Source of the DNA: Amphiscolops sp. MND2022
Lineage: Eukaryota
DNA length: 64,000 bases
Direction of reading: 5' to 3'
Assembly (NCBI GenBank): GCA_964187785.1
Contig: OZ076409.1
Span: 99,574,001 to 99,638,000 of the forward strand
Shown here: piece after piece, positions 49,201 to 63,201 of the stretch
How positions within the stretch are numbered: the stretch's first letter is position 1
How the letters are laid out: each line of letters begins with the position of its first letter
Notes under the pieces: generated by a model
Told to the model about the DNA's origin: nothing
What the model saw: the letters and a program-made list of their open reading frames with translations, nothing else
The model's database searches: none
Translations under genes and position numbers: made by a program

Positions 49201-51539
49201 CAAGTTGACTATTTTAATACATTATTACATGTACATTAGCACTAATTTGACAGCAACAGTAATACAGCAAATTTAATAAACAGCAACGATGAACAGATAC
49301 AAAAATACGATCGGAATCACAATTATGAAACATTGTCTGAAAACATTAAGTACAAGAGTGTAAATATGTAAAAATACATTTTCAAAATAAAATACACTTT
49401 AGTAATGGATATAAACTGTGACTTTCCGTCTATACAATCATAAAATTCCGTTTTGAAATGGTCTTTGCAGAGATTTCCACTTATTGTTAAAAATGCATGA
49501 CGGCTAGTGGACGCGAATTTGAATTACTCTGCATGTATTAACTCCATCTTAGATCTGATCTTTAAGTCGTGAAATACTGGTAAAGTGTTTGGTTTACAAT
49601 CTAAAGTAGCCCGTAATTAACTTTCCCTTTGAGATAGCGGTCTAAACGCGATGAAATTCCTGACTAATCCGGCGAATTCATTCATTTTGTCTATTTTCAT
49701 AAACCTGTCAACGTCATGTTGACGAGTTTTCTTGGCAGAAATAAATTTCATAAACTTGTCAACGTCATGTTGACGAGTTTTCTTGGCAGAAGAGAGAATT
49801 TGCCTAGTTTGACGCAGTGCTGGCGAGTATTTTAGAAATGAGTTTCTATCTAGTTGCCAATGCTGTGACGTCACGATGGCGGATAATTGGAATGACTTTC
49901 TGGTACATATAGACGAGGCAGTGACGTCAATTGGTATGCCTTCAAACTTGTCTGCGTCTTACTGACGACAAATGTACATGTTTTCTTATTTCTTCCGCCG
50001 CTTTGTTTGCTCAGCGCAATATTGACGTCCCAAACTACACTAATTGCTGTTCAAAAAGTAATTAAGCTGCCTTTCTTGGAAAAGGTTTAGTTTCTCCGGC
50101 GTGCCATCTCAGTGTATTTTCTATTTTAGATCTGATTGATATTCCTCTTGGAAGTGATTTTGGATATGTTTTCATTTGGATTGGCTTATGCTCTCTTTGT
50201 TTTAAAACCTGTCCTAATTTAGTTTTCAGGTGGCGAATGTTACTATTTTGACGGGGCTGAAGCGTTTTACCGGAAATGCGTGAAAAATCATTTTGGCGTA
50301 TTTGTTTTGCGAGTCTAATTTCGTTTGAAAATTCCGTTGAATAGACGTGTATTTTGCATTTTAAGTCACAGTTTCTTTATTCTCACAAGTTTAAAATCCA
50401 AAGTACCTTTTTGAAAGTTTCGCTGTACAGCCATGACCTCTGCCGTAGCCAACTCGTCTGCATCCACATTCCAGTCCGGGAGCGGACTGTGACAATAATT
50501 TTTATCGTATTAAGTGTTATTCATGACTCAAAACAGGAAGCTGTGGTTTCTCCATCAAAAATGCGTGACTATATATTGAAAAAGTGTGAACAAAATTTGT
50601 ATCTGAATCCTAAACTGTCTCACTGAGAATGAATGTAAATTTGAAGCTTTCTGGATTGTATTCAAGTCTTTTTGTTATATGATTTTCACTAATTTTCCAA
50701 AAAAAATGGTGGTGGGGGGGGAAACAGGAAAGAGCCTCATTTTGTCGTTGGAATTCAAATTCAATCATAAGACTAAGATCCAGAATAGATATTAGAAAAT
50801 AAACATTTCAAAATGAACATTTGCCCAATTAGACTGGAAAGAGCAAAGTAACAGTTTGCGGGCAACACAGTTTTCCTGAGATAAAACGTTTTGTGATTGA
50901 TTTGGTTCAAACCGATAAACTTTCTATTCCGTATGAATTTAATTAAAAATGAACACTTCTCATAACGTGACTACTTCATACAACATATGAGACTTGAAGA
51001 AAGCAAGATGAAATTGTGCTGGAAAAATCTATTGAGCTTTTGTGCTTTACACCTTTTGCTAATAGTGCATTGCTCTAAAAGTTTACGTCTAAAGTCGGCG
51101 CTAGTTCTAAGGTTCGAAAAGATCGTTCTATCTTCACACCCATTAATAAACATGGGAACCATATATTATTAATATTTTGAAGAATCCACAAAACCTTTTC
51201 CTCATTTCTTGAAAATTTCACTTTTGCACTACTAATATTATTGTCTGAATTCTTCCGTCAAATTGGCGGCACTTTGATGTTCACTTTTTCCTCATTTCTA
51301 GAAAACACATTTTGGTAGTTGCAAAAGCCAACTTTCCTCAATTCTTGAAAAACGCAAAGTTCCCTGTTTGGCGTCGTAATGTCCCTTTCAGTAAAACGCA
51401 AATAACTGCGAAAATAAGTCAAACCTTCGGATATAGCGCTTTATTCCGGATATTACGTCAGAATTTCGGAAAGTATTGAAAATAATTATTTGTGGGTTTA
51501 TATTAAGAAACCCTAATTTCAAACTGAGAAAGTATTTTG

Positions 51540-51890
51540 AAACAGTCACAAAGTGCCAAAAATGTGAAAAGCGAGACCCTTTGGGCTTTCCGAAACTCCA
51601 GTTTGTTGCAAAACATCAAAACATACGAAGGGGCGACCCTTTGGAGACACAAAAAATCAAAAGGGTCCCTATAGTCTCGCCCGGTTTTCTATTTTATGTT
51701 GAAATGGAATAAATGAAAGGGGGACCTTTTGCACTAACTTAAATGGGTTTCCGTTTGCCGGTCCAAAAGTTTATTAGTTCCGTAAAAGTGCCTGCGCATA
51801 CATTCTTTTATCTGACGAAAAAAAGACGTTCGTCGGGTTTTTTTCCTTAATGAGTAGACTAATGAGTCTCAGAAAAATGAGCCGACTAAA
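51540..51890 (+). mobile_element. Helentron/DINE-1-like family 1, degenerate copy
   Basis: GTC.CA.AGTGCC.AAAA, GACCCTTTGG motifs and GTCGGG...GCCGACTAAA end. Confidence 0.55.
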
Positions 51891-52176
51891 ACTGAAAACA
51901 TTTTTTTTCTTTCTTGCTATACATTCTTGCTATTCTGCTAGCAAGTTCAGCTATTGAAGCCGAAAATAATGTTGCACACTCGTGGAATTTTTAAAGACAC
52001 TTTTTAACCGGTTGTTCAAAAATAGAAGCGCACTTCACTTAAGAACGCTGGCAAAAACACCCAACGTTTAGCATCCTTTTTCGAGAAAAATCTTTTAACG
52101 TTCAGCATCAAAAATACCTTTAGTTAGAGAACGGCACGGAAATGCTGACTACCGAAACTTTTGAAGATCAATTTGT

Positions 52177-52948
52177 TGTAACGGCAAGCAGTTATCGGTC
52201 GCATAACGCGTTAACAGAGGGGAGGAACCTGCAGGAATGGGTGAATCGCTCGGGACAGGCGCCCATCGCCACAGATCCATTTTGCCTCCAGGGGTGAAAT
52301 ACGTCCCGGGGCCGCGGGTGCTTCGACGAATACTGTCCAACCGGTCCTAGTCTTTGATTGCTAATAGTAACGGGCATCTTTCTGACTCTCTAAAGACCAC
52401 CGCTTAACTAGCATATAAAAACAATGCCAAGAATAAGGTAAATTTCCAGTTCCAGGGTGACATGTGAAAAAGATCTAAAATTGGGGAATAAGATCTAAAC
52501 TAGCGCTAGCGCTACTGAATACAGCCAAAATCACTGAAAATACATGAAAACAGGCACGAATATGGCAAACCACACAGCTAAAAAGCTGGGGCGCAGGGAC
52601 TTCAAGCACCAAACAAGGATCTTTAGGCGAAAAGACTCATTTTTACGGTTTCCGCTACATAGTGTAGCATAATGCTGAAAATCGATAAAAACCGGGTTAG
52701 CACCTCAAAAAGAGTCTATTTTCGGATGTTCTTGCCGTCTATGGCTTCTGTCATAGCGGCGCCCCCGTGTTTTTGCTCGTTCTTGCTCTTTGTTGTCGAA
52801 GTACCTGCCAATTTTGTGGAAACAGCGAAAAGAGCAATCACATGCTCAGTACCACGTCACACATCGGATTAGAATTTTTGACAAAATTTCTGAACATGTC
52901 AAAGTTGCAAAATCGGTTGATATTGCTGTACCAGAGCTTGCCGTTACA
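52177..52948 (-). repeat. 3' LTR of Gypsy C (772 bp)
   Basis: 13-bp perfect terminal inverted repeat TGTAACGGCAAGC/GCTTGCCGTTACA; PPT adjacent at 52949-52957. Confidence 0.92.
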
Positions 52949-54054
52949 TCACTCCTCGGGCTTTATGCATGACGTCCCTGTCATGCGGAGAGGCTGGCAT
53001 TGAATACATCGCCACATCACGAGTGCAATCCACGGGGGTCTCAAACTGGTGATGTTGCAACGGTCCAGTGGCACTGTCATCTTTTGCTGATTGGGCAACC
53101 ATGAGGTCTTGCTTCTAGCCATCCAGAGACCCTGCATCGTCTAGAAACTGTTGAAACAGAGCTAGCTCGAGAGCTAGAAAACCAGTACTCAAAAATGCAC
53201 CTTGAAATTGATCAAATCCAAGATTCCATACATCAATCAAAAAAGCACCACTTTTTTAGCACGAGTTTTCTGCAAAAGTCTAAATAGGATCCTGCTAGCA
53301 CTTTGGTTTTTGGACGTCTAAAATTTCTTTTACGGAGCGCTAACCCTCCAAAGCGCACGTGGTTCTCAGCAAAACATCTTTTCCACGGCAATAAAATTTC
53401 AGTTTGCAGTACAGTTAAAAGTTCTTTTCGCTAAAACTTCTTTTCAGCGGTAAAACCACTGTTTAAAAGGAAGACAAGCTGTTTCTTTGATCCTTTTTTA
53501 CAGTTCGGCTAGGTTTGGGCAACACGCACTGATGTGCAGCTCCAAACCTGTAAAGTAGCATCTGTCAAGGAGCGCATCAGAAGCAAACTACGAACTGCTC
53601 GTAAGAGTAAGCGCTGGAGTAAAGCAGACAAAGGTAGATCAAATCTTGCCATTTGCAGATCAGGAGCGCGCGCGCTCCCAATTTTTCCGGATATCACGTT
53701 GGAATCTAGAGGAAACTTCTGGAAATCTTGGAAAAGAAAAACAAAAATAGCACCTTTCGGGCGTAGCAATACATGTAGAGTTTTTGGGTTATTTATTGCA
53801 CCGGGGCTCCCCGGGCTTTATTCGTTGAGCACCTTCATTAATATAAAGATAGCAATGACTAACAAAAATGCAAAGAAAATGCGAGAGGATGGATTGGGCG
53901 TTGAAGACACCCCTTCCCCCCTTGAAAAGAAGTGGAGTGTGGTTTGGGCAATGGATTTCAACGCATGCTACCAGAAGGTAACAAGCAACGCGTGTCAGGC
54001 ATGAGATATCAGGATAGCAAATAGAAAATTAACCAAAAAAAATTTACGTTGAAG

Positions 54055-56020
54055 CTAAGTGATGCCAGGAAATTGTTCAATACTGGCAATGGAGACATAG
54101 ACGCGATCATGCAGAAATACAGTGATATCAGTTCCTGCAAAAACGTCCATGACACTGTGATAAAAACTGTCCAAACTGCGAAGTGGCGTTCAGGGTCCAT
54201 TATGGGGAAATGAATATCAGGGGTTTCGTTGGACAATAATGAATCTTTCAAGTGCTCCAAGCATAAGACAAAGTCATCGGTGATTTGTGGTGAATGCTGG
54301 GAGGGGCGTGTTATCATTAGGTGAATAACCTGATTATCTATTAAAGACAAAGAGGATGGGAGAGTTAGGACTTCACCAACTGTTGGGCGAAGGTGGAATA
54401 TTTTGTCGCTGCCACACTCGCGAAGAATGTAGCGCAAGGCGAATTGGTGTTAAAGTCTGCAGGGCAGCAAATTGCTACGTGGCCCTGCACCTGCAAGAAG
54501 TCAGTTTGGTCGTAAACAATGTAATCAACCAAATTTGGTCGTAGGGCACCAGGAAACACAATCTGACGTCCGGGACCCTTTTCATCAGCTGGGTCTATAT
54601 GGTTCTGTCCCCGAATAGCAGATAGATCCTGCCATACGGACCTCGACAGAGACTGATTATCCACATTTGCTGTTGACCATGAATCCAGGGTACCAAGTGC
54701 AGTGTGGATCGTTACAGGCTCGGCGAAGGAATGGGTCCAATCATCCAAAAGGCGGATACGAGGGAAGCTGGCGAACAAAGTGATAATCAGCTCTAGCCAC
54801 CATCGGAACCGTAATTTTCCACAATAAAGATCAACGATATGGAAGCACAAAATGAGTTCCTCAGTGACAACAGTCCGCAAACTCTCTGGACAGCTCCGCA
54901 AGCTGTCAGGCTGGACCAAAGAGTGAGCATGTGGGGCAGTTACAAGCAACCACCAATATTGGGCTGGGCGATACACTTCACCAGGCTGACAGGTGATGCC
55001 GTATTTGTCAGATAGGAGGTCAGCGGTAATACAGCGGACCATTTGGATGGGTTTCTTCTCATAATTGAAAGGTCCGAATACAATGTTAGGAGCGACAGGA
55101 GGCACTGTGACGGCAAGTGTGAATTCCAATCCGCGGAGATCGCTCGTCCACTCCTTGAAGCGGGGACAAGGTTCCTCAGCAATCTTGGATTTAGATAATT
55201 CTTCCAGCACGACGTCTACAGGAAAGATACGTTCTCGTTCTAGACCGGTGTATGTCTTCTCTGCGCGGATGACAACGGGACTGACGAGAAGTTTACCATT
55301 GTGGATAGAAGGTTGAGGCTTTGGACCCACCGGAGTTTTCACAGGTCCAAGTGGGATAGTGGGATAGTGGGAGATTTGTTCAAAGCCATGACACAAGTGC
55401 AATCGCGGAACCCACAGTTTCCACATTGATATCGAGGTACTCGATTCCGGCGTAAGCCATAGTGTGGGTTAACCTGCGTTGCGCCTTGGTCAACATCGAA
55501 TGTAAGGTGCGCGGTGGGCGCATCAGAATCAGTATCCGATGTAATTGATGGCTGGGTGTCATTTTCACGAGCTGTTTGCCGTGAAGAAATAGTGTGTCCT
55601 CGTGGCCTCCGAGGAGGTCGTCCTCGAAGACGTCCTCTGCGATTTGGAGTCCTTTGAGCGCGCACGCTCACGTTCTGCGATTGTGAATTTGTTGCTCGTG
55701 TAGAACAACGAGATAGAGCAGCTCGCGATCTGCCCCTGTCACGCGTGCCAGGGACATTGTTCCGAGCAGTTGGCTCGTTGGTGTTGGATAACTCGGTGTC
55801 ACGGGTTTCAGTGTTTTGGAGGTTGGAGGTACCATTCGGCAATTGGGGAATACTAATAGGCACATCAGTCAATGTAGGATTCGTCAACAGAGGACCAGAT
55901 GTACCCGCTAGTGATACTTCGGCTTCTTCAGTTGCAACAGGAATATCTTGCGATTGAGGTACCTCCGGAATAACTTCAGGTTCGGATAAAAATGGAAGCT
56001 CGTAGTCATTGGCGATTCAA
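54055..56020 (-). pseudogene. Frameshifted Pol C-terminal extension of Gypsy C (AT-hook-like motif, Cys motif, two macrodomain-like units)
   Basis: RGRPP, CGNCGFRDCTC, CPRFKEWTSD..GLEFTLA, QMVRCITADLL, CPADF, LRECG, LHDRVYVSI match B. Confidence 0.88.
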
Positions 56021-56283
56021 ATGACCGACATTACAGTGCACAGGCAAGCTTTTCGCTGATTTTCGTGGAATCCGGGACACGAAAATTGAGAAAAGTCGTG
56101 GAATCCAGGACAAAATTTCTCTTTGATGTTAAGCGTTTCTTGGATTCCACGACAGTGCTTGTCCTGGATTCCACGCCAACACTGCTGCTATAATGACACT
56201 TTTGCCGCTGCTCTCTGATTGGTCCGCTGATTTTGAATAATCATTTTAAATTAATTCAATTTTATATCAAAGGAAATTGTTTT

Positions 56284-56941
56284 GATTGACACAAAAAATC
56301 CAAGAAGTACGAATAAAGATACTCGTGACTGGTACCAAAAATGAAGCAAGTCATCAAATAATGGCAGATTGTGATGATCTGGCAGTTTGTTCAAAACTGG
56401 TACTAAACTTGAAAATACGAATATTTGTGTAATATAATACGCAATTTTGCAATTTTACTCAACAAGTATTGCTCCAACATGGCGCTGCGACACATTTTAA
56501 ACGAATTAGAGAATTAGAATCATAAGCGACGCTGCAACAGCAATATAACCAAGAATGGAAACCAGTGTCATTTGCGTCAAGATTTTTTAAACGGATTTTG
56601 AAGCGAAAAACGGATTGACACAAAAAATCCAAGAAGTACGAATAAAGATACTCGTGACTGGTACCAAAAATGAAGCAAGTCATCAAATAATGGCAGATTG
56701 TGATGATCTGGCAGTTTGTTCAAAACTGGTACTAAACTTGAAAATACGAATATTTGTGTAATATAATACGCAATTTTGCAATTTTACTCAACAAGTATTG
56801 CTCCAACATAGCGCTGCGACACATTTTAAACGAATTAGAAAATTAGAATCATAAGCGACGCTGCAACAGCAATATAACAAAGAATGGAAACCAGTGTCAT
56901 TTGCGTCAAGATTTTTTAAACGGATTTTGAAGCGAAAAACT
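56284..56941 (+). repeat. 329-bp tandem duplication in a decayed Gypsy remnant (LTR end, PBS-like TGGCGCTGCGA, RNase H fragment)
   Basis: GATTGACACAAAAAATCC at 56284 and 56613; WKPVSFASRF..SINELEL; possible partner LTR 57481-57667. Confidence 0.7.
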
Positions 56942-57838
56942 CAATTAACGAATTAGAATTATTTGCTGGTATGATACTCATGAGTGGTTTCTTTTTGGGC
57001 CAAGTGAAATAAAAGGAAACACAGTGAAGGCGGAAAAATCTTGGAACGATTGGCTTACGGTAAATACCATTACTTGAATTAATGCTATTTCAGAAGAAAC
57101 AACGCCGTTGGAAATGACGAAATTGATGAAATTGTCGCGTGCGCTGTACTCGGTACATGTACTTAGAGTGGAAAGTAAACAGAGTGAGCGACAACAGTCA
57201 AAGACGGCGAGAAAGCAAAAAGGTGATCAACCATTCAAATCACTAGAAATGGGATCGACGTCGTAATGAATGTCGATGATGGTGGAAAAGCGGGCGTAGA
57301 ACAAAACGAATGAGAGCCCAAGAGAGCTTGAAACTGAAAAACATTAAAAAATCCTGAACACTTTGAGAAGTCATGTAACTTGAAATGAGTACCTGTGATA
57401 CCGATAACATTTGAAACATAAGTGAACTTAAATTGATGAGAAATTAGTTTCCCAACAAGTTTTGTCCAAAAAATGGAGAGTGTGATAGATTGACACTGAA
57501 AGTTAATCTTAGTGTTAGACAAAACGAATATGTGTGAAAACTTTAATTACTAGCACCTGCCAACATTTTTAGACATCGATAAAGTTCAGATATTCAGTTG
57601 CTGTTGCCTTACACTTTCCTGTATAGTTTCTAAGTTCTGCTATCTTCCAACAAGTATTGCTCCATCAGTAGTACGTCAAAACACGAAAAGATTGAAAACA
57701 ATTTTACATGGCATTATTTTAAAAATGTGGCATTTATTTATAACTGTCTTGTCATCAAAATATGGCATATGTTTATCAACTGCCAGTTTTTTATTAGCAT
57801 TCAACGAATGAGCTTGTTTTTGAATGGTCCTAAAACAA

Positions 57839-58117
57839 TTGTGGAAAGTAAGACCATATCTTTATACATGTGTCGTGGAAACCATATACATATCTTAAAC
57901 TGTAAGAAAACAACTACCAAAGGGGGTAGGTAGTACGTCAATATTCAAATCTGACTTTTGTCCTGGTTTCCATCAAAATAGCATTCACTGTTCGATGGCC
58001 ACGAAAGCGACTGTGGAAAGTAAGACCATATCTTTATACATGTGTCGTGGAAACCATATACATATCTTAAACTGTAAGAAAACAACTACCAAAGGGGGTA
58101 GGTAGTACGTCAATATT
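57839..58117. repeat. ~107-bp direct repeat pair, with a related inverted copy at ~63810-64000
   Basis: TGTGGAAAGTAAGACCATATCTTTATACATGTGTCGTGGAAACC. Confidence 0.8.
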
Positions 58118-59099
58118 TAAAATCTAATATACCCTATTATTGTCATGGAAATATTGCTCAATTGAATGCCGTTTTTGAACATTCTGACAATCAGTTAAAT
58201 TCGGCCTGACATTAAAATATGGTAAATTTTGATAAAATAATTCGTTTCGATTGGTTAGAGTTTTCAGAGGCAGGCTGTGAGAGGGCACCTCGAACCGAAC
58301 TCCAAATCAAAAAGAGCAGTTAATTTAAAATGTCAATTTGCTAGTTGTTAATAAATACAAACTGTATCAAAAGAATAATCTCGAAGACCATTAACCACAT
58401 GGTCTAATCTAGAATACAGTATTGCTTGCACTACATTGTTTTCATCTGAACATTGCCAGCTACAACATGGCGCTGCGAGATATTATGGACTCCAACGGAA
58501 GGGCAGCAACCAGCGGTCCGTCAGCATTGGCGGGATTGCCACCATACTGGGATCAGCACAGTGCCCCCCCCTAAACTAGAATGGGAAAAATGGTGGGACA
58601 TCTTTGTAGTGGCAAAGTAAAGTTGAAAATAAAGTTGAATTGTCGCCAGACTTAAAGCGCATTCAGCAAAAGTTTCCCAACATTTTTTCACGTAAAGGAA
58701 AAATTGCCGGCCACAGTATAAAGATCGAATTTAAAGTAGGAGCGAAGATCACTCAACAGAAAGGTAGACGAGTACCACTCCAACTTCAAAAAGCAGTGGA
58801 TGCTGAAAGTATCCAGACTGAATAATTGGGATACAAAGTATCAGCAGCTGGAATCCGACCAATAATTTTAGAAATTTTGTATACGGCACCGAATTCGAGG
58901 TAGTTTCAGATCATAAGGCGTTGACAACTATCCTACGCGATAATCGAGCTAATAGAACTTATTCGTCAAGATTAACGCGGTGGGTAGACCGCTTACTACC
59001 GTTTCAATTCACTGTAGTTCATGCACCAGGTCGAACAATGGGTATCGCAGATTACTTATCACGCCACCCATCCGAAAACGCAAGTAACATACACAAAAT

Positions 59100-59411
59100 G
59101 GTGAATTCCCAAATAGCATAAGAGCTAATAACATAAAACAAAATTAGTTTCAAATAACAAAAATGAAATGGGTTTCACTAAACATAAAAACAAATATGTT
59201 TACGAGAAAGTTTTAGTGGTCAAAAGCATTCACAAATCAAAAGATTCACTGAAAAAAGTGTGGAAATTACAGATAAAATTTTCTGAGTTCGATTGTTTAA
59301 CCGGGTATTTGGTTTTATTTTTATGTTATTTGAAACTAATTTCATTTTTATGTTATTTGACACTAATTTTGTTTTTATGTTATTTGCACTTATGCTATTT
59401 GGTACGTAATC
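59100..59411. mobile_element. Merlin-like MITE inserted in Gypsy D
   Basis: 8-bp TSD CACAAAAT; TIR core CCAAATAGCATAAG; GGTGA left end; removing it restores the host frame (NIHKIKAEE). Confidence 0.8.
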
Positions 59412-59660
59412 CACAAAATTAAAGCAGAAGAAAGGTGGAATAATTGGTTTACTGTAAACGAAATAACCAAAAATAAATTTGTTACAGATACGTCACAAAC
59501 ACAAAACGCGAGAGAACAGCCAGTAGCACCGCACGCAGCGAACGACAGCCAATGGCAAGGCAGCAACAATTCATCAAGTGAGAGCGAAACGACAAAAGCA
59601 AGCGACAATTGCCAAACGAACAAACACGAATTGCCATAAATAAACAAACACTCAACGAAA

Positions 59661-60974
59661 TTGCCACAATCATTTAACACGTCAAAAGTCAGCGAAGCCG
59701 AACAATCGAGCGAAATGATGAGCGAGGAATTCCGCCACGCAGCAAACCAACCGCCACTAAAAGTACCTATGTGCTATAGTGTCAATCAGATCGAAGTCCT
59801 AAAAACGTTGGGCAATTTTACATTCGCCGCAGAATACGAGACCGATGAATTCATTCAAAAAATCGTGGCTCTCCTCAAGAAGCCCGATAGCACCAAAATA
59901 AATCGCCTTCCCACCCCTTGGAGGGAAAAGTTTCGCTGTTTGAGCCTCGATCCAAACGATTTTATATACATGGACGAGCGTTTAGTTATTCCCAAAGCGT
60001 TACGCCAAATTATCATTCGTTCTTTACATTACGGACATCCCGGCAGGGACACGATGTTAGCGACCGTTTCAAACGTGTGGTGGCCACGACTACACCGGGA
60101 GGTCGTCAATCTAGCAAAATCATGTCCACAATGCCAAAATGCAGGTAAGAACATTAAACCATTACTAACGCAAAAACAATTCGGAAAACTACCAAAGGTA
60201 AGTGAGATAAATCAAGAAATCGCAATAGATTTTGCCGGTCCTTTTAAAAACGCACCCGCAGCAAAACAATATCTGTTAGTTTCAGTGGATCACTTGTCGG
60301 GGTGGCCAGAGGCTAAATTTTTAAGAAAGCCTACGACAGAAAAAGTTATTGAGTTCCTTAAGACGTACATAGCGAGACATGGCATTCCAAAAAGCATTAG
60401 GACCGACCCGGCGACTATTTTTTGCAGTAAACGATTCAAAACATTTTGCGCAAACCGCTTCATTATAAACGAAAGACTACGCACGAACAAACAAATCATA
60501 CTGGAAAGGGACCATTCAGTTCTATCCGAAATCCTATTTGCTCTGCGCATGTATCCAACGAGAAATGGCAAGTCGCCGTACAAAAAATACGTCGGAATAG
60601 ATCCGAACACTGTCAAAAAACTGGTAACAAGTCGTGAATCTCCTATTTCAGAATCATCAGAAGTCAAACTGTCGCCATCTGATTTCGAGTCTGGGCAAGA
60701 CTCTACCATTTTCGTCAGGGAGCGGGTCCGAGGGACCAAACTAGAAAGCGCGTACAAGAAGCGAAAAGGAACACTTCTCGACCAATCACAACATACCATC
60801 ACGTTCTTGCCAGCAGGAAAATCCCAAGAAACAATTATATCTAAAAGAGATATCGCTAAGGCAGACAGACAATGGGGGCCAGGTAACGAACAGCCATGCA
60901 GCTCACGAGAAGCAGACAGGCAGCTAAATCAACTACGAGAACAACTAGCACAACAAGTACTAACACAATTTTAG
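59661..60974 (+). pseudogene. Integrase region of Gypsy D with an internal deletion
   Basis: LHYGHPG..WWPRL..CPQC; IDFAGPF; VDHLSGWP; IRTD; the segment carrying the catalytic Glu appears deleted after FCANRFI. Confidence 0.88.
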
Positions 60975-62407
60975 TGAATTTTTATTGAAATTTGAGTTTT
61001 TTTCGAAAATTGAGTAACTTAGAATAAATATTTTTGGATTTTTTTTCATTGGGAGACATTCTATAATCTCCCGAACCTGCTGAATTGTTTTGATCGACAA
61101 TTTTTTTCCGAATCAGAAAAACTACACTATATTTTGTGTCTATGAGCACTGAAGTTTATGTATTACAATAGGCTATAAGAATTGCATTTAGAAAATTGAT
61201 GGTTTTCATTTGAAATCGAAAAAGTTTTTCAATCAAATCATATCAGCAACCTCAGGAGCATTGGGGGCAAATCATTGACTGGAAGTTTTTCAAAAATCTT
61301 TTTTCAACTTTGTGAAAATCAAGAAAAAGTGCAAATTCGATCAAACTTTGTCAAAATTTGCAATTTCTAACTTTTGTATTTTTTGTCACAAAAATTTCAA
61401 ACAAACATTTTTGTAAACTAGATAAAATTCTAAGAAACTTTCCTAGCTGACACTTTTTTGTGTTTGTGACAGTTTTCAAGAAATTTGGATTTGAAATTCG
61501 CAATTTTAAGCATTGGAGTTACAATATTTTAGAACGCTACTGTAGACGCGGCAAACACTGGCGAACTGGCAAGTCAAGAAGAATTTGCAAACACCGGCAA
61601 ACAGGCAAGTCAAGAAGAATTGGCAAACACCGGCGAACAGGCAACTCTAGAACTAACCAATCACAGCGAGTCTTCACGGTCATTGGACAATACCGCGGCT
61701 CAAGCGGAGAAGAGTGGAGACGAAATAGCAATAAAACACGCCGAAGATAACAGACCCCTAACCACCACAAAAGTGGAGATAAAGAAAAAGAAGTCAGCTT
61801 TAAAACAGCTGAGGGAAAAAGCCAGGCGAAAACAAAGGAAACCGAAAAGCAAACCACTCCCAAAGATCCCAGAAAACGAGAGCCCCCCAGTAATCGATTT
61901 AATTGAATCTGATGAAGAAGAAGAGGAGATGAGACAAGAAGAACAAGATCACATCAAACAAGAGAATACAGGAGAAAACAACCTGAACGATACAAAAAAC
62001 GAAATAGACCGATCAAACATGCCACCATGGCGAGACACAGTACAGGAACGTAGACGAGGAGGACGAAACCGCCAGAAAACAGACTTCTTTGGCCATAACG
62101 TCATGGTGACCAAAATCGACGGGCCCCAAGGCGATGAACAAAAAGAATAAACCAGAAATCTTTAGCACAAGGGCTAACGAAATCAAGAAACTGGAAAAAC
62201 AAAAAAAAAACTGAGAAAGCAGAAACGTATATTATTACCGGTATTCTCAAATACCTATTTGTGTTTAATTGTCAAGTATTACATGGCAAATTACATTTGA
62301 GTTTGTACAGTATTTATATTATTTATTACAAGTTGTACACTAACATTAAACGGAGGGATGTGAGAGGGCAGTTAATTTAAAATGTCAATTTGCAAGTTGT
62401 TATTAAA

Positions 62408-63201
62408 TAAGGTTGTACCGGAATCCGGTATCCGGTTTGAATATCCGGGTAATTTTAGAATATCCGGTATCCGGTTATCCGGTATCCGGTAAGAAAAAAA
62501 TAGCCGGATACCGGATAGTAAAAAAAAAACATTTTTTATTGATAAATTTGTCTTTTAAAGAACAAAATTATACAATCAATTATTTTATGTTTTTTACAAA
62601 ACCCAAATTATCATGTAAAAAAACCAATTTCTCAGACATTTCTGGCTTCAGACGATTTCTTCTCTGCGATAGAACGTTGCTGCATGTGGAGAATACCCGT
62701 TCACTTCTGACCGATCCAGGTGGCGCTGATAGATATTTTTTGGCAGTAGCTTTCAGCAGAGGGAATCGGCTTTCTTGTTTCTTAATAGGTTATAGCCCGG
62801 GATCACTAAAGAAATGGATGCACAATCACCAGACACATCCTTCGTAAATTGTTCACAGGGTTTAAGAACTTTGATAAGTTTCTCAAGAAGTACCCATTGA
62901 TTACTTGTTAATTTTGGAATGTTGGAGTCAGCTGAATAGAGACTTAACGTTCTGTCCACATCCAGGCTGCAAGCACTTCGCCTTGTGGTCGGGCTCCGCC
63001 GAAAAAAAATTCCAGATGTTTCCCTTGCGTTTATCCATATCTTACTTCTGAAAAAAATCAGTCGTAAATACAAATAATACAAATAAATGAAGTTGCATTT
63101 AATTTATCCTGTTATCCGGTATCCGGTTAATATCCGGTAGAAAAATGCCCGGATTATCCGGTATCCGGAATCCGGTAAAATACAATCCGGTTACAACTCT
63201 A
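62408..63201 (-). mobile_element. Deleted hAT element inserted in the 3' LTR of Gypsy D
   Basis: TIRs TAAGGTTGTACCGG / revcomp TAGAGTTGTAACCGG; ATCCGG subterminal repeats; TSD TTATTAAA/TTAATAAA; remnants QWVLLEKLIKVLKP and KYLSAPPGSVRSERVFS. Confidence 0.88.

Larger units (their letters stand above)
45199..50492. repeat. Direct duplication with a 4.0-kb period (45199-~46531 repeated at 49199-50492) in an unclassified repeat element
   Basis: GACAAGTTGACTATTTTAA starts both copies; high identity over ~1.3 kb. Confidence 0.9.
52177..56020 (-). mobile_element. 5'-truncated Gypsy C, related to Gypsy B (3' LTR, 1.1-kb 3' UTR, Pol C-terminus)
   Basis: LTR start TGTAACGGCAAGCTCTGGTACAGCAA identical to B; protein homologous to the Pol tail of B. 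Confidence 0.92.
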
